From Camelus dromedarius (lineage: Eukaryota): a stretch of DNA of 64,000 bases. Under the pieces are notes generated by a model. That model saw nothing but the letters and a program-made list of their open reading frames with translations. It was not told where the DNA came from and did no database searches. How positions within the stretch are numbered: the stretch's first letter is position 1; every line of letters starts with the position of its first letter. Below are positions 38,885 through 53,269 of this stretch, piece by piece. The DNA is taken from positions 65,598,001 to 65,662,000 of the forward strand of contig NC_087436.1 of the NCBI RefSeq assembly GCF_036321535.1, read 5' to 3'. A program made the position numbers and the translations under genes.

Positions 38885-39540
38885 TATTATACACTGCCAT
38901 ACACCCACTAGAACAGCCAACATTAAAAAAAAAAAACATATAAAAAACAAGGCTATGCTGCTTCCAGAACTCTCAACATAGTGCTGGAGAGAGTAAGTTG
39001 GTAAAACCACCCTAGGAAAATGTTTAGCACTATCTACTAAAGTTGAACATATACAAACTCTATGAATCAGAATTTCCATTCCTAGTAATAGAGCCTGCAG
39101 AACAGGTATATATGTTCTCAAATGACAGGGATATGTTTATATCAGCACAACAGGATGAAAAATATGGGTAAATAAATTGCAATATAATCACTTGCTGACA
39201 TATTGTAAAATAATGAGAATGAATGATCTAGAACAACATGCAACAATATGTATCTTGCAAACATAAAGGTGAGTTAAAGATGCCAGATACAAAAGAGTAT
39301 ACTTTATGTGAGTCTTTTAATGTAGAGTATAAAACAATCAAAGTTAATATGTTCTATAGGAAGTTGAAATACTGGTTCTCTAGGAGGAGGTGGCAGCTGT
39401 AACATGAAGGATATTAAAAGGCTACTTGTGTGCTGGCAACATCTCTTTCTTAATCTGGTTCCTGGTTTCACACTATTGTTCAGTTTGTAGAAATTCACTG
39501 AATTGCCATTTAGGCTCAGTTTCCTATAAAATTTTTAAAA
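38885..39540 (+). mobile_element. L1ME-like 3' end
   Basis: ACACCCACTAGAACAGCC, TTTAGCACTATCTACTAAAGTTGAACATAT, CCAGATACAAAAGAGTATA, CAGTTTGTAGAAATTCACTGA. Confidence 0.8.
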
Positions 39541-42500
39541 GTCTTCTTAGGAATTAAATACTAGAATTAATAATATGATATCCTTTAATATACATATATA
39601 ACATATATACTTTTTATTTATATATAAATTTAAATGTCCATAAGGATATATCCAAATACTGTGGTTTCCTCTGTGATGTATTAGAGAAAACCTTCTCTTT
39701 TTTTTTTTTTTTTACTTTTATAAAATGTGAATTCTCCTGTAATATAAAAATAATTTTTAAAATTTACTATATTGCATTATAATTTAATACAATATGTTGA
39801 TAGAAATACATAAGATATTTTATTCAAGGCTCATCATCTGATCTGCTGCACCTACAAACTGAATTTCTTTCCTTAACAGTTTCTCCCTATACTGCTTCTC
39901 TCATAAACTCTATCCATATTACTGCCATTACTATTTTTCCCACATTAAATAGATGGCAAAATATAACTTAAATCTAAAACACTCAGAATACCACCACCTA
40001 GCATAATATAATTTTCAATATAGTACATTGACTTTTATTTGTACTCTCATCACTCTAAAGTTCCAGTTATAATACACATGCCTATTAGTAGTCTTCTACT
40101 TTACTTGAATTCATTTTCTATGTTTGTTCATGAAGTATAAAAATTTCATCTTAATGACTTCATAATATTTGAATGAGCAGATCTGTTGGAGCATATGCAA
40201 ATATTTCACTGTATTAGTCATCGTGGTCTGTTCGTTTAGTTGCTTCTTCCTTCCTCTTTCTCTGTTCCTTTCTTCTTTCCTCCTTTCATTTCTTGTCCTT
40301 TCTTTTTATATTTTCTTTACTTTTTCCACTGTTTCTTTTTTCTTTTATAAATATTAAATGCTTATCTCTTTTTAAATACACATTTCTATAATCATTTACT
40401 TCATAAGAATAAAACATTAGTAGTAGTAGCTTAAGAGTAATCCATCAAAACATATGCACATCTGTAGATACCTTATATATTTTGCTTTTTTTTTGTTTCC
40501 TTCTAGTATTCTTTGTTAGATACCATTCTATAACACAAAATTTCATACTCCTCTGTTCTATTTTTGTTTTTAGTTTTTCCACTGCGGTGGGAAAATTAAT
40601 GGTCAAATGTTCTTTACAATTTGAGCTTAATCAGTCCTCAGCTTTATTATTTATCATTATTATTACCATATCCTCTTTTCTCGTACCACCTTTACAACAT
40701 TGTACTCCAACCTCCAGTCATATCTTTGTTGACCAAGTTTTCATAATAGTTCATTCATTTTCAAATTTCCCCATTTTTGCTCAAAATACTCCCTCTTTCA
40801 GTAATACTTTTCCTCAGCTGGGTGAAGTCCTCTCCATCCTCAATACCTAGTTTTAGTTTTTATCTAATGTATGAAACATTCCTACTTCCCACCAGCCAGA
40901 AGAATTATCACCATCTTCTATGCTACTATATGTTTATATAGCTTTATGATAAATTTTAATGGAATTTAAAGGGTCCTTTGTACAGTCTTTCATAAAAAAT
41001 AAATTTCCAGTGAAGGTTAACTACTAGAAACAATATTTCCTTATGACATTATTAACATAACAAATAAATACAACACAACACAACACAGTTTAAATTATAA
41101 TATAGTATTTCCCTTTCACTAGCTGTTGAGCTTATTTGGAAGGACAAATAATGCTTTATGTATTATTACAATATAATCTATATATTTATATATAAAGACA
41201 CACATAGTCATACACATGCATATTTTTCAGATAGTCTAGCATATAAAAGATAATACAATTTTATTACATCAGAATGAAATGCAAGAACGACCTTACTTCC
41301 CCTTTCCATTCTGTTGGAAACTTATTTATCCTAAAGGCTAAGTTTTAAGAAAAAATATCTCTGTCAAGTATTTATTGAACAACATCATTATATTGTATCT
41401 CTTTTGCTAATTATTAGCAATCTCAAATCTCAAATCTCAAGGAGCTCATCTATATTATCCCTGATGTCCTCATTCAAGCACAAAGCCAGCAGACCTGAGT
41501 CTTAGTAAACATAAACTGTCATAAGAAAGGTAAAGTGACAAGCCTTACGCATTTGAAAAAGCAGACTTTTTAGGTTTTAACTTTCTTTATTATATGTACA
41601 ATTTTATAAGTATGTTACACAGTGTGCATATATATGTATGTGTATATTTATGTATGCTGTATGTTTAATTTCTAGTTTGAAAATGTGCTAAGGAAGCCAC
41701 ATGCTTATGAAATTATCTCAAATATACGTTAAACCTAGAAATGTAAATAGCATAAATGCCTATTTTATATCTTATAATTTACTTAACTGTTGCACACTTT
41801 CTAATAATGAGAACAGTTATCCCTTCCTTCTTGGATAATTTTTTTTAATGCAGCTCTTTTTGTGAGTTAAATACTAAAACCAATCTATTTTGTACCCAAT
41901 ACAGTTTTTCTAAATATGTACAATTTTGTCTAAGATTATAATTCATCAAAGCATTACACCCTACATGTTTATTTTTCCCCATGAAGATTTTAAGAACAGC
42001 AAAACTTCTTTACTGATAGGTAATTTTAATAATTTACTGAATCTATTATTTGTAATCTTTTATATACAAATGATTAAGTTTCTAAGCATCCTTTTATCAA
42101 ATATATTCCAATGCCTATATACCCAACATAAATAATGACTAACTCTTGGTTAAGTGAGGATGTAGCTACTGAAAGACCCCAGCTAGTAAAAACAATAAAA
42201 TAGTGATAATAACACTAACCATAGTGAACAATCAATCCGGAGCTAGAAACTATGGAATCTCATACTAACATGCAATTGCATGCTCCATTACCAGTAATAA
42301 TTCCAGGAGATTTCTTTCCCTGTTAGCTAAGAAGAAGATTCAAGAAGAGTAAGAGTCAAAGGAAAAATATTTATCTATCTTTTTTCTCTTAAAAACATTT
42401 TAGTAATTTTTCAATGTCATTAAAGTTTTCCAAAATTTAGGGGGAAAATTGAATATATTATAAGTTGTACTTGACTGGCATTAATTTAAGTAATGTGTTC

Positions 42501-42849
42501 AAAGTGTTTGGCACAGGATTTCATACATAAATTAGACACACACATAAATCAACATGTTAAGTAACAGCAAGCATTACTTTTGAAAGTGAGTATTTTGGTC
42601 TGAGAATTTGAAAAAATAATTTAAATAATTAAACCTAACTAAACATAAACACACTGACTAAGCAAATCATCAAGACTAGAACACTTCTATGCTTACCAGA
42701 GAACCATTTGCCTCATTAATATACGAGATGTGCAAGATTCTAATCTTCCAATTAACCTCATTTAATTCTTACCTTTGTAGTAAGTGCACTTTCTGTGCCT
42801 CAGTTTAGCACAGAATATTAGTTTATCCTTGAATATTTGTAGTCTTGAG

Positions 42850-43050
42850 TGTAAAATATGTTGGGCAGGCTAGCAGGCTGGAAACTAAGGTAGGGTTTCT
42901 ATGTTAGACTCTTGAGACAGAATTCTTCAACTATGAAAAATCTCAGGTTTTCCCCTTATTTCTTTTAACTGGATGAGGCCCCATATATGGGGGATAATCT
43001 CCTTTACCTAAAATCAACTGATTTTAAATGTTGCACAACATTCACTTCAG
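42850..43050. mobile_element. MLT2-like ERV-L LTR fragment
   Basis: GGGCAGGCTAGCAGGCTGGAAACT...GGATGAGGCCCCATATATGGGGGATAATCTCCTTTACCTAAAATCAACTGATT. Confidence 0.75.
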
Positions 43051-43744
43051 GCCTAGAGAACATTTCAATCATTATTTCGTGTATTGTTTCTGTTGTAATG
43101 GGATATATGAATTGTAGCAAAAACTCAGATTCTGCAAAATCATGCATTAAATATAAGGTGATGATCAGAGAACTCGAATCATATGGAATGTTATAATCAG
43201 AGAATCAAAACTAACAATAATAACCCTAATAATTATATTAGTGCATATAAAATAAGTTACATTCTTAATAAGTAACAAAATACCAGCATCAATATAGTAT
43301 TTCACAATCAAGTTACTAAAATGGGGGAGAGACTTGATATAAAGAGAGAAGTCTTGTCACTGTTTAGATATGAAAGTATGAGAAAAGTGTGCACATATGA
43401 TGGAATTATAAAATAGGCATATCTAGGAAAGAGTGCGGTGTCAAACCGAGCAACAAAGAAAAGCATGAGATGACTGGGCATCAGGTACAATACTGTATTT
43501 TATGCTATGACTGCTGTTTCCCGTTGTGTATTTCACTTTGAGTACAATTGCTTTTATCTGAAAGAACAAGAAGTAAATTTTAAAAGGTTGGGAAAAATTT
43601 AATATGGGCCAATAGAAATTATTTGTTATATTAACATCATATCCTATTTACCAATTGCATATAAGCTACTTTACATTACAGAAACCCATTAAAGTGCTAC
43701 GTTTCATGAGTTTTTTGTTTTTTAAGCCTATGTTCTTAAGAACT

Positions 43745-43875
43745 AGTTTTTATTATCATTTTATAAACAAATGCCTAGGGGACAATGTTTCATATGTGTC
43801 TGTGGAACACAACTAGTGAAACTGGAACCAGGGTTCCAATCTAGATCATTGGAGTACATAATCCTCACTCTCATC
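43745..43875 (-). mobile_element. MIR fragment
   Basis: TATTATCATTTTATAAAC...ACACAACTAGTGAAACTGGAACCAGGGTTCCAATCTAGATC. Confidence 0.55.
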
Positions 43876-45120
43876 TACGAAGGTATGTTTGCATTTTTGA
43901 ATAGCTGCCTTTCTATTGAAGTTGTAAATACTGATGTTGATCTTTTAAAATTCCACAATCTGTAGCCCTGGAAATATCAAAAAATTGCTACTTTATGTCC
44001 TCTGCTACATACAGAACACAAGAACATATGAAATTCAACATGTCAATTCCATCTCTGTTCCTCAAGTCACCTTTTTTGAATTATAGCATTTTAATCTCAA
44101 AGTGTTAAAAGTGGTTTGTAATTTAATAATAGTTATATGACACTCCAACCTCATTTATCAAATCCCTATTCTCTGACATACGTCCTCAGATCTATGGAGA
44201 TAAGCCCTTGACATACATGTGTAAATTTTATAAACTTTTCTTCCCTGCCTTGAGCCAACTGGGCCAAAGCTGGACACATTATTCAAGTGGAATAATCGTA
44301 ATCTCTTTCTCTGAAATTCAGAATTTTGATCTACAGGTTTTTTACTCACTCTTTGATATGACTAACAGTATATTAAAAAGCAGAAAAATCAATCTGCAAT
44401 ATTTAAGAAGAATGAGGCATATATTCACAATGATGAGAGACATGAGACAATGCAAGTGTATTTTCTCATTTACTGATGATTTCCTTCTTCCTGGTGCCAA
44501 CCGACATTTAATTAATCTTCTGCTCTTAATTTATAAGAATTACTGTATATTATCAGAAAAATATATTTTTATGTACAAAAATGTTTATATTTTATAAAAT
44601 ATAAAAAATTATTTATAAAGGAAGTACAGAAACATTTAAAATAATACTTTAAATGTACATGTTATTACTTTGGTAATGGTAATTTTTAAATGATAAAATA
44701 TTATTTTACAGTACTTCAGTTAGTAAACATTAAATATCAGTGCCATAAAAGATTATTTTGTTCGAAGAAAAATTACTTTATATGAATTTAGTACCTCTTC
44801 TTTGACACATTAAAAAAAAACTCAGAAATATTCCCAGTATTTTTTATTTAATTTTTACAGAAATTCATAATAATTGGTAATAAAAACCAACTTCCCCTTT
44901 GAAAAAGGTACTTACTAAATATTTTTATTTAAAAAAGGGCTTTAGAGCCTATCAAGACTAAACATTTTAAACAGATCAAAAATAAAGACATATCTTGAGA
45001 GAAATCTGGCACTGCTAGTTTTTCCAGTGGGGAAAATATTTTCCATTAGGATTTGTTTTGTGTCTCAAATAATATCATGATTTTCATTGAGAACTTGCAC
45101 TAAAAAATAAAATTCTTAAA

Positions 45121-45252
<132 letters not shown>

Positions 45253-46514
45253 AAATAAAATTCTTAAATGTTATTTGAAATTCTATTTTATCCTCTCAAA
45301 AATTATACACTCTGTTAGGTTTCACAGCCTAACAGATATCAATCACGCATTGATTTTTTTAACTTATTTATATTTATGCAAAGTAATACTATATAATACA
45401 ATCAAGATTTAAATGTAATTTTCTTCTGATATCAAGTTCAAATCTGTGGATTTCTGTCTCACTGTAAGATAAAAAAAAAAAGACAAAGGGAAAGAAGTGA
45501 GAATGCATGGTTTATCCAATGCAAAAAATAGAACATAAACTTTACAAAGTTGATGAGAACATTTTTCAACAGCGGTAGACAGTAGGTGTCCATCAGAGGC
45601 AAAGTTCGAGCAGTCCTAATGCCTGCTTCAAAACACTGTTTTCAGAAAAAAATGAATCCATGAATTCAACCAAATAGGTTATTTTTCCCCTCTGTTTTAA
45701 GTTGTTTTTCTATTAGCATTGTGATTCTCCTCATTAAATAGTTCTATAAGGTAATAAGAGCTTTAAGCAATTCAGAGCCAAGCTTCTATTAGGATACCCT
45801 GAACTTCTATTCTTGCTTTTAAATAATAAAACTATTTTGGTAAGTCTACTTTATCTTAAAGTCTTATCTTACTTGTATATTTGCTGTATAGAAAGCTTGT
45901 CTGTTGCATACAAGTGCAAGTATTCTATCTTCTCATAAACCTTAGGAAATTATCCAAACTTGTGGTTAGGTGTAGCATAGTTTTCTTCCTCAAATTTTCT
46001 GGCCTTATAATCAGTAGCCTTTTATTCTATTTAATGATGTAGGGCTAAATTAAACATCAACATTTCAATAGCTGGTCATGGTATTTATTTGAAAGCTTCT
46101 ATTATGGAAATTATTCATAAATTAATTTGAGTATAAACCTGCTGTTAATTTTATAGCTAAAAAATAATGTAATTGCCACAGTTCTGCCAAAAGGGATATT
46201 TTTAATGGTTTAAAAACTCCAGATACTAACACTGTGAGAGAATTCTGAGTGAGTGAATCTATGAATTACACTGGAGGCTCTCTAGGATTTTTCACATGAT
46301 CTAAGCTGATGGAATGCTTTGTAAGGCATCAATATACTGTATAATTATGTATTTTTAATATAATGTTAAAAAATCAATACAAATTCCATAAGTACTGATA
46401 AACTTCTAGTGTGGTAATATGATATTATTACTATATTAACTGTATTAACAGTTCTTAATTTTATATATTATTGTCAAATAGGAAGTATATTTTAATTCCA
46501 TTGAGTCAAGATTT

Positions 46515-47500
46515 CTTAATGTATTTCATTAATTTATTCTTTGATGAATATTCATTTAACATATTTTGTGCCAGACATTCTTCTAGCCCCGAGGGATTCA
46601 GCATTGAACAAAAGAAACATCATCAATGGAGCTTATATTCTAGTGGGAGAGATAACACAGACAAAGTAAAATATATGTAATGTTAGGTAGTGATAAGTGC
46701 AATGGAGAAAACTGATGTGGGAAGTTTGATAAGTCTGGTAAGGTGTAACAGGGATGGGAAGTATTTATTATTAAATATGGAGAATAAATAAGTTTTCAGT
46801 GAAAAAAGTCAATTTTGAATAAAGACTGCATAGAGGTGAGAGAGTAAAATTTTAAATAAAGTATTCTAAGGGCAGAAGCCCCAAGGAAATCAAGTATCTA
46901 GTATGCCTAAAGAACAGCAAAGACACCAAGAAAGCTCAAGAGAGTGGTGGTGGTGGTCAAGTAACCTGAAATGAGGTCAAATAGGAAACAAGATGGTGGG
47001 GAAGATGGGGAAGATTGTATTTGAACTTACACAGAGTTTGGCTATTTTCTCAGTGAAATGTGAAGAAGGTTTACTGGGTCTAGTACAAAAGAGTGCCATC
47101 CACTTTGACAGGATCACTAAAGTTGTGTTGAGGTTAGAATGAAATTAGGCAATGCTGTAGTAAGAAGACCAGTTAGGAGGCTATTAGCATAAAGTAGGTA
47201 AGAGATGATGGTGACTTGGAGCAGAACTATGCGGTGCCAATAACAGCAGTCAATTATAAATGTATTATGAAGCTGGAATCAACCAAATTTGCTGACAAAT
47301 TGAATGGGAATTGTTTAGAAAATAAAAAGTCAAAATATTTCAGGATTTTGGACAAAACCATTGTACAAAGTAATTGCTAAGAATAACAAAAGCTAAAACT
47401 GTGGAAGTAACATATTTCACAAAAGCACTGGGGAGGTGGGATGAAAAGAGTTTTAAATTTAAAATGCTTGTTTGACATCCATATGATGATGTGAGTTAGA
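46515..47500 (-). mobile_element. L2 LINE 3' region
   Basis: TGTGCCAGACATTCTTCTAG...ATGGAGCTTATATTCTAGTGGGAGAG...GACCAGTTAGGAGGCTATT...AGAGATGATGGTGACTTGGA. Confidence 0.85.
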
Positions 47501-48875
47501 AGGGGAACCTTTTAGTCTGAAACAATCAGGCTTACATTCTATTTAACAGCATTAATCATGCTACTTTGTTAAGAATAGATGAGAGTGGAAGGCGCATAAA
47601 ATTGGAAATAACACCAAACAATATATCAGATATGGGAATTTCCTATGTCATTTTTAATCTCCACAAGTTTTCATTTTACTGTATATTTATACAATTGATG
47701 CAGTTGGGTAAGTGACTTACATCAGTCTAGTAATAAATTGGGTCAAGTCAGCCAAGACTTCTATATTGATTTGCTATTGCTCACTCAAAAACAATTTGTT
47801 TCAAAGTACATCCTGTTAAAGCCAAGAGTACAGACCTGAAAGGCAGTTTATATATTTAGTGTATTTAGAAATCATCCTGGATAGACCCATCTCCCAGGCT
47901 ACTTCATTTCCACTGATTTACTCCCAGTCTTGGTAAGCAGACTTAATGTCAGACAACCAAAAGTTTCTCCACTGCAGAGTACAAGAATTTACACTCTTCT
48001 TTTATTATGGTCTTGCCAGAAGTTTGGCAAAAGATTTACAATGGATTACTTCAAAGGGAACCAAAATAAAATGCTTCAAGTAAATAAAGTGTGTTAACTT
48101 ATACCGGTCTATTGTGGCAAATAAGGAAGAACTGAGAGGCATGTATGTAGGAACGACCATGATACTGATATGAGGGAAGCCATATTAGATAATGCTCTCA
48201 CTGAGCTGTTGGCCAAGATCCATTTTCCATACTTCTTAGGCACACTAATTATACAACTTATCTTGCTCCCATTTTAGCCATTCCTCAGCATTATAAGTTG
48301 GTAAGTTTTCTCCTGCTTTGCCTTCATTTCGAAGGACTGCAATCTCCCTAAACGGACTGATACTTGACATAGGAATTCTAGGGAAAAAAAACTGTCAAAA
48401 CCTAAAGTCCCACATATCTCCCTACCCTTGGCCATTAATCCAAAATTATCCATGTATAGCAAACTTCTAGCTAAGGCTCACAAAAAATAATTATGAAATA
48501 CTGCTCTCAAAAACATTTGTATCATTAAGCAGTTTCTAAGTACTTAATCATTCCCAGTTCTCCACTCCTTTTCAGCGAAGGGAGTTGTAAAGAAAGTGCA
48601 CATGTGGAACAGAGGTATTCAAGAGTACTCAGTCAGTCAGATGTAAAACAGAACCTGTATGATTATTTGGGCAAATACTTTTCCTTAAATTAAATTAAAT
48701 GGTAACATTATTTTCTGTAAAAAATATACCACATTAAATGTAATAGATAAATATGTATAAATATATATATAATATATTTGTGTATTGTAAACTACTCTTT
48801 TAATAATCCTTACATTAACTGATTGTTTAATTTATCAAGGTGTAACACAAACATTTTTAATAAAAATAAATTTGG

Positions 48876-49823
48876 CATACAGTTCAGCATCAAGAAAAAA
48901 CCTAATCAAAAAATGGGCAGAAGATCTAAATAGACATTTCTCCAAAGAAGACAACCAGATGGCCAACAGGCACATGAAAAGATGTTTCACATTGCTAATT
49001 ATTCAAGAAATGCAAATCAAAACTACAATGAGGTATCACTTCATACCAGTCAAAATGGCCATTATCAAAAAGTCCACAAATAAATGCTGGAGAGGGTGTG
49101 GAGAAAAGGGAAACATTCTGTACTGTGGGTAGGAATGTAATTTGGTGCAGCCACTATGGAGAGTAGAAATATGGAGGTTCCTTTAAAACACTAACAATTA
49201 ACTACCATGTGATCCACCAATCCCACTCCTGGGCATATATCCAGAAAAGCTGAAAACTCTAATTTGAAAACATACATGCATCCCAATGTTCACAGCAGCA
49301 CTATTTACAATAGCCAAGACATGGAAACAACCTAAATGTCAATCAACAGATGAATGGATAAAGATGTGGTATATTTATACAATGGAATATTACTCAGCCA
49401 TAAAAAGAATGAAATAATGTCATTTTCAGCAACATGGATGGACCTAGATATTATCATACTAAGTAAAGTTATACAGAGAAAGACAAATATCATATGATAT
49501 CACTTACATGTGGAATCCAAAAAAATGATAAAAATAAACTTATTTATAAAACAACAGACACACAGATATAGGAAACAAACTAATAGTTCCGAAAAGGTAA
49601 AGGAGGGAGGGATTAATTAGGAATTTGAGATTAACAGATACACACCACTATATATAAAATAAACTACAAGGACCTACTGTATAGCACAGAGAACTATATT
49701 CAATATCTTGTAATAACCTATTATAGAAAAGAGTCTGAAAGAGAATATATATATATATATATATATATACCTGAATCACTTTGCTATACACCTGAAATGT
49801 TAGAAATCAACTGTACTTTTAAT
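48876..49823 (+). mobile_element. Cetartiodactyl-type L1 3' end (ORF2 C-terminus and 3' UTR)
   Basis: ORF 48872 ([15 protein letters not shown]...[10 protein letters not shown]). 3' UTR ACAAGGACCTACTGTATAGCACAGAGAACTATATTCAATATCTTGTAATAACCTAT...(TA)n...CTGAATCACTTTGCTATACACCTGAAA. No TSD found. Confidence 0.93.
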
Positions 49824-49829
49824 TGCTAA

Positions 49830-50088
49830 TCTAACATCTCTAGGTATTGTGACAGAGAATCAGAAAGTCATGGAGAAGTCAGCAGGGCAATTTTGTCTTG
49901 ACTATAACAACCTCCAAAAATAATAGTTTGCCATCCTATCCACCTTCCAAATATCTTGTGAGCTCCTCTTATTGGCAAATTCTAACACAAAACACACACG
50001 TAAAGAGATTATGGGAAACCTATGCCAGGCTTCTCCTCCATATTAGACATAATTGGGGTGAGCTGAGCTGACCACATAACACAACACA
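49830..50088 (-). mobile_element. LTR16-like ERV-L LTR with adjacent polypurine tract (3' LTR)
   Basis: CTTCCAAATATCTTGTGAGCTCCTCTTATTGGCA is the reverse-complement homologue of 10107-10130. The minus strand reads AGGAGGTAGAC-TGTG at 50099-50085 (PPT then TG). Confidence 0.55.
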
Positions 50089-50799
50089 GTCTACCTCCTC
50101 ACAAACTCGGGAGATACATGAATATCCTACAAATATATCAGATATGTAATGATGTATTATACATGTAATATATAGATACATAAGATATGCATGATAAAAG
50201 GGATATATATATATATATATAATCGTTGCTTTCTTAATATAGACAGTAACAACATACTTCCACTTAACATGATGTAATTTTCATACCACCAAAGTCATGC
50301 TTAACTCTCCCATAAAGGTAGACACACAATCCTTTTTGTTTTAGTTGTCTGTTGCCTTTAATTAACATCTAAATAGATACCATATTCTATAATTATATTA
50401 TGTAAATGCCTATCAACAAAATAGATAAAATTTTTGTTGGATGCCTAAGAAAGAATGGTTATCAGTCAGATTCATCCAAGATTTAGAAGCAGCATCTATA
50501 CAACCAGGGTGTGGTCAGTGTTTGGGGACGGAGGTAAATATCCACAATCCATGCATGCCTTTGATTTCTTCTTTTAGTGCCTGATTTACCACCTGGTGCT
50601 GCTGCACAGTTCTCTTCTCCTTACATTCTTCTGATTCTACTTGAATTTCATACATTGCCCCACAGCCTCCTGAAATGTCGGTGGCTTTGATAGCTATAGC
50701 TCAAGGAAACTTTTCTTTGAGAATCTGGGTCACCTTGAGCTCCCCCTCAGTCTGCGAGGCAAACCTCTTCTAGGCACAGTGCAGAAGGGGAAGCTGTGC

Positions 50800-50944
50800 A
50801 CTGGCTCTTTCACCAACCAGTCTTCAGAGGCCAAGACTGAGTCTGTCCTGTTACTGCAGTCTTCCAGAGCTGCGCCAGGGCAGGCACTCAGGAGCACTCG
50901 GGTGATGGATGGATGGATGGATGAATGAATGAATGAATGAATGA
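50800..50944 (+). mobile_element. L2 3' terminus with (GGAT)n(GAAT)n tail
   Basis: GAGGCCAAGACTGAGTCTGTCCTGTTACTGCAGTCTTCCAGAGC...GGCACTCAGGAGCACTCGG...GAATGAATGAATG. Confidence 0.7.
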
Positions 50945-51929
50945 GCAGGGAAAGAACCACACGATACAGGGCATACCTACTGGGAACCCGCAAAGAAGCC
51001 CCAATTTCTGGGGCAGACTGCGCCCATGGAGTAGAGGTGCTGCTGCGGCCGGGCTCCACACCACCATGCCCAGCCGACACACAATCTTTTATGCCCAATT
51101 TATTACTTGATATTTCTCTTCTAGATCTTTTACAATTTCAATGAGCTATCCTCCTCAATAAATATGGAATGAAATAATGAGATATATGGTCAATCATTAT
51201 TGGAACTCTTACACAAGAGTAACAGAATCAGAGAAAAAAGAAAAAAACAATTGGTCTCATATTTCTCATCTATTAATATACATACACATGCTGACATTCA
51301 TACACACACACACATATAATACAGATGATAAATTTGTGTAGCAACTTCTAGTGAATGATTTGTGGTAAATGAGTCACATCTAAATACATCATTTGGCTTT
51401 CGCACCTGTATATACTGACTGTGGGAAGAACAGTTCCATATCTTTGTTGCTAGTTCAGATACACTACTGCTTGGGACTAAAACTAAGCATTCAAAACATT
51501 CAGATTGTTCTTTCAAGCCATCTGCTCTATACAGCACATAGTAATAAGCCCAGTGAATTATTAGACATAGACACTATTGCCTTGAATCATAAGTTACATT
51601 TAGCAACATGCTTACTTAGAAGCAATGATGTATGGAAAGACATGATGGAAAGTAGCATTCTGAAAATATATAGATTAGGTCAAGGCAAAAGCACTATGGG
51701 TGGGGCAGAAAAAAAATCAAAGTATCTTAAAATGTGCTTTCTGAAAAGGTAGAGTACAGATCTCAGTAGAACCTTACTCCAGCAAGACAACAATTTAACT
51801 GCTAAATATTGTAAATTTTATAACACTGAAAGTCTTTGGAAATTGTCCTAAAAACGTATGGTAACTAAAATGTTCATACATGAAAATCTACTAAATCTTG
51901 ACAAGAACAGTGAAACTCTATGGCTTTTG

Positions 51930-53235
51930 AGGTATGATCTGCTGTCTTACCATACATCCCTCCCGTCTCATTTCCATGGTATGGAAACTTCTATCCTGGG
52001 CATGAGAAGCCACAAATACAGGACTCCTCTGTTCTCCAAGCTCCCCTGCTGGGTCTACAGTTTCACCCCAGAGGTTCAAACTATTGTTTCTTGCCTTCTG
52101 TGTTGCAGAGGCCCTGTTCCCAGAGGCATGTCTGAAAGGAACATGTCTCCTTTGTCCCAGCCAAGCCCATACTTGTAGGGCAGAAACCCTACTCCAGGCA
52201 CAATAGACAGAGACTACCAGGACTCCATATTTTCCCACCTCAGCTTGCTTCCCTGTAGGCAGAGGTTGAAAAGCCAAGTTTTGCTAGTTCCCAAACCCCA
52301 GGGCACAATCATAGATCAAAGGTGTCACTCCAGAAGAAGCAGGTTCCTGATATCCCCTCTGGTCCAGTGATGTAGTAAAAGGCAATGTAAAGGCAGGCCA
52401 TAAGGATGAGGCATTTCACATCTTTGCCTGAGAAGATTAATTTTGTCTGGACCAACCAGAGCGTGGTGAATACCACTTAAGGATGACGTCAAAAATTATG
52501 AAAATCTTGGTGGAGAGCAATTCCGAAGATCTGTTAGCTCCGTAACACAAGCAAAATAACAGAGCAACCATAAATTTAATAAAAAGAACCACAGAAGAGG
52601 TAACCAAGAAGAGTCTCTCTATGATCATAGTCAACACTAGGGCTCAGAAAAGCTTTGCATGTATGTTAGGCTGCATCCACTCAGGAGAGGTTGGATATCA
52701 GGCAAACTTGAAACCATTCCCCAAAATATACCCAAATTCATCAATAAGGAGATGACACTTCAGTGTCCCAAAGGGCTGAAACAAATTCTGATCAAACATT
52801 GAACAAAATGCTATTTGAACCTGAGGTGACTCCAAGGATGCCAGATTTTGAAATAGAATTATAGTCATTCGTGACTCTCTAAAAGATTATGTGCATACTA
52901 AAAGATGTACCTTCTAAGGATTTATCACAGAGGAAACCCCAGGCTACAGGTTAATGGCTGAATTTCATGGGGAAAAAAATTCATAAACACCCTGACCTGT
53001 GAGAGCAGCCTCCAACCCATATCTACATCCAGTGATACAGGGTAAACTCGAATTGGCTAAGGGGAAATAAGCACAAAATTAGACCAATTAGTGGTTTATG
53101 CCAACTCGGGCAAACCGTAGACAGACAGACTAAAAGATAAAAATGGGGAAAAATTTAAGCAGAGATAGAAAAGGCTATATACTGCAGGGGAAACAGCCTT
53201 TGTAGAATTAGTTCAGGCAAATTAATTCTATTAAA
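51930..53235 (+). mobile_element. Old L1 5' UTR (L1MC/L1M4-type)
   Basis: GAGGCCCTGTTCCCAG, GGGCAGAAACCCTACTCCAGG, GGTGTCACTCCAGAAGAAGCAGG, AAGAAGAGTCTCTCT motifs of old L1 5' ends. Confidence 0.6.
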
Positions 53236-53269
53236 AATAAATCATCTAAAATGTTGAGAGATTAAAAAA

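Noticed and set aside
44584..44605. 22-bp palindrome TTTATATTTTATAAAATATAAA
   Set aside because: Pure A/T within an extremely AT-rich tract, expected by chance.
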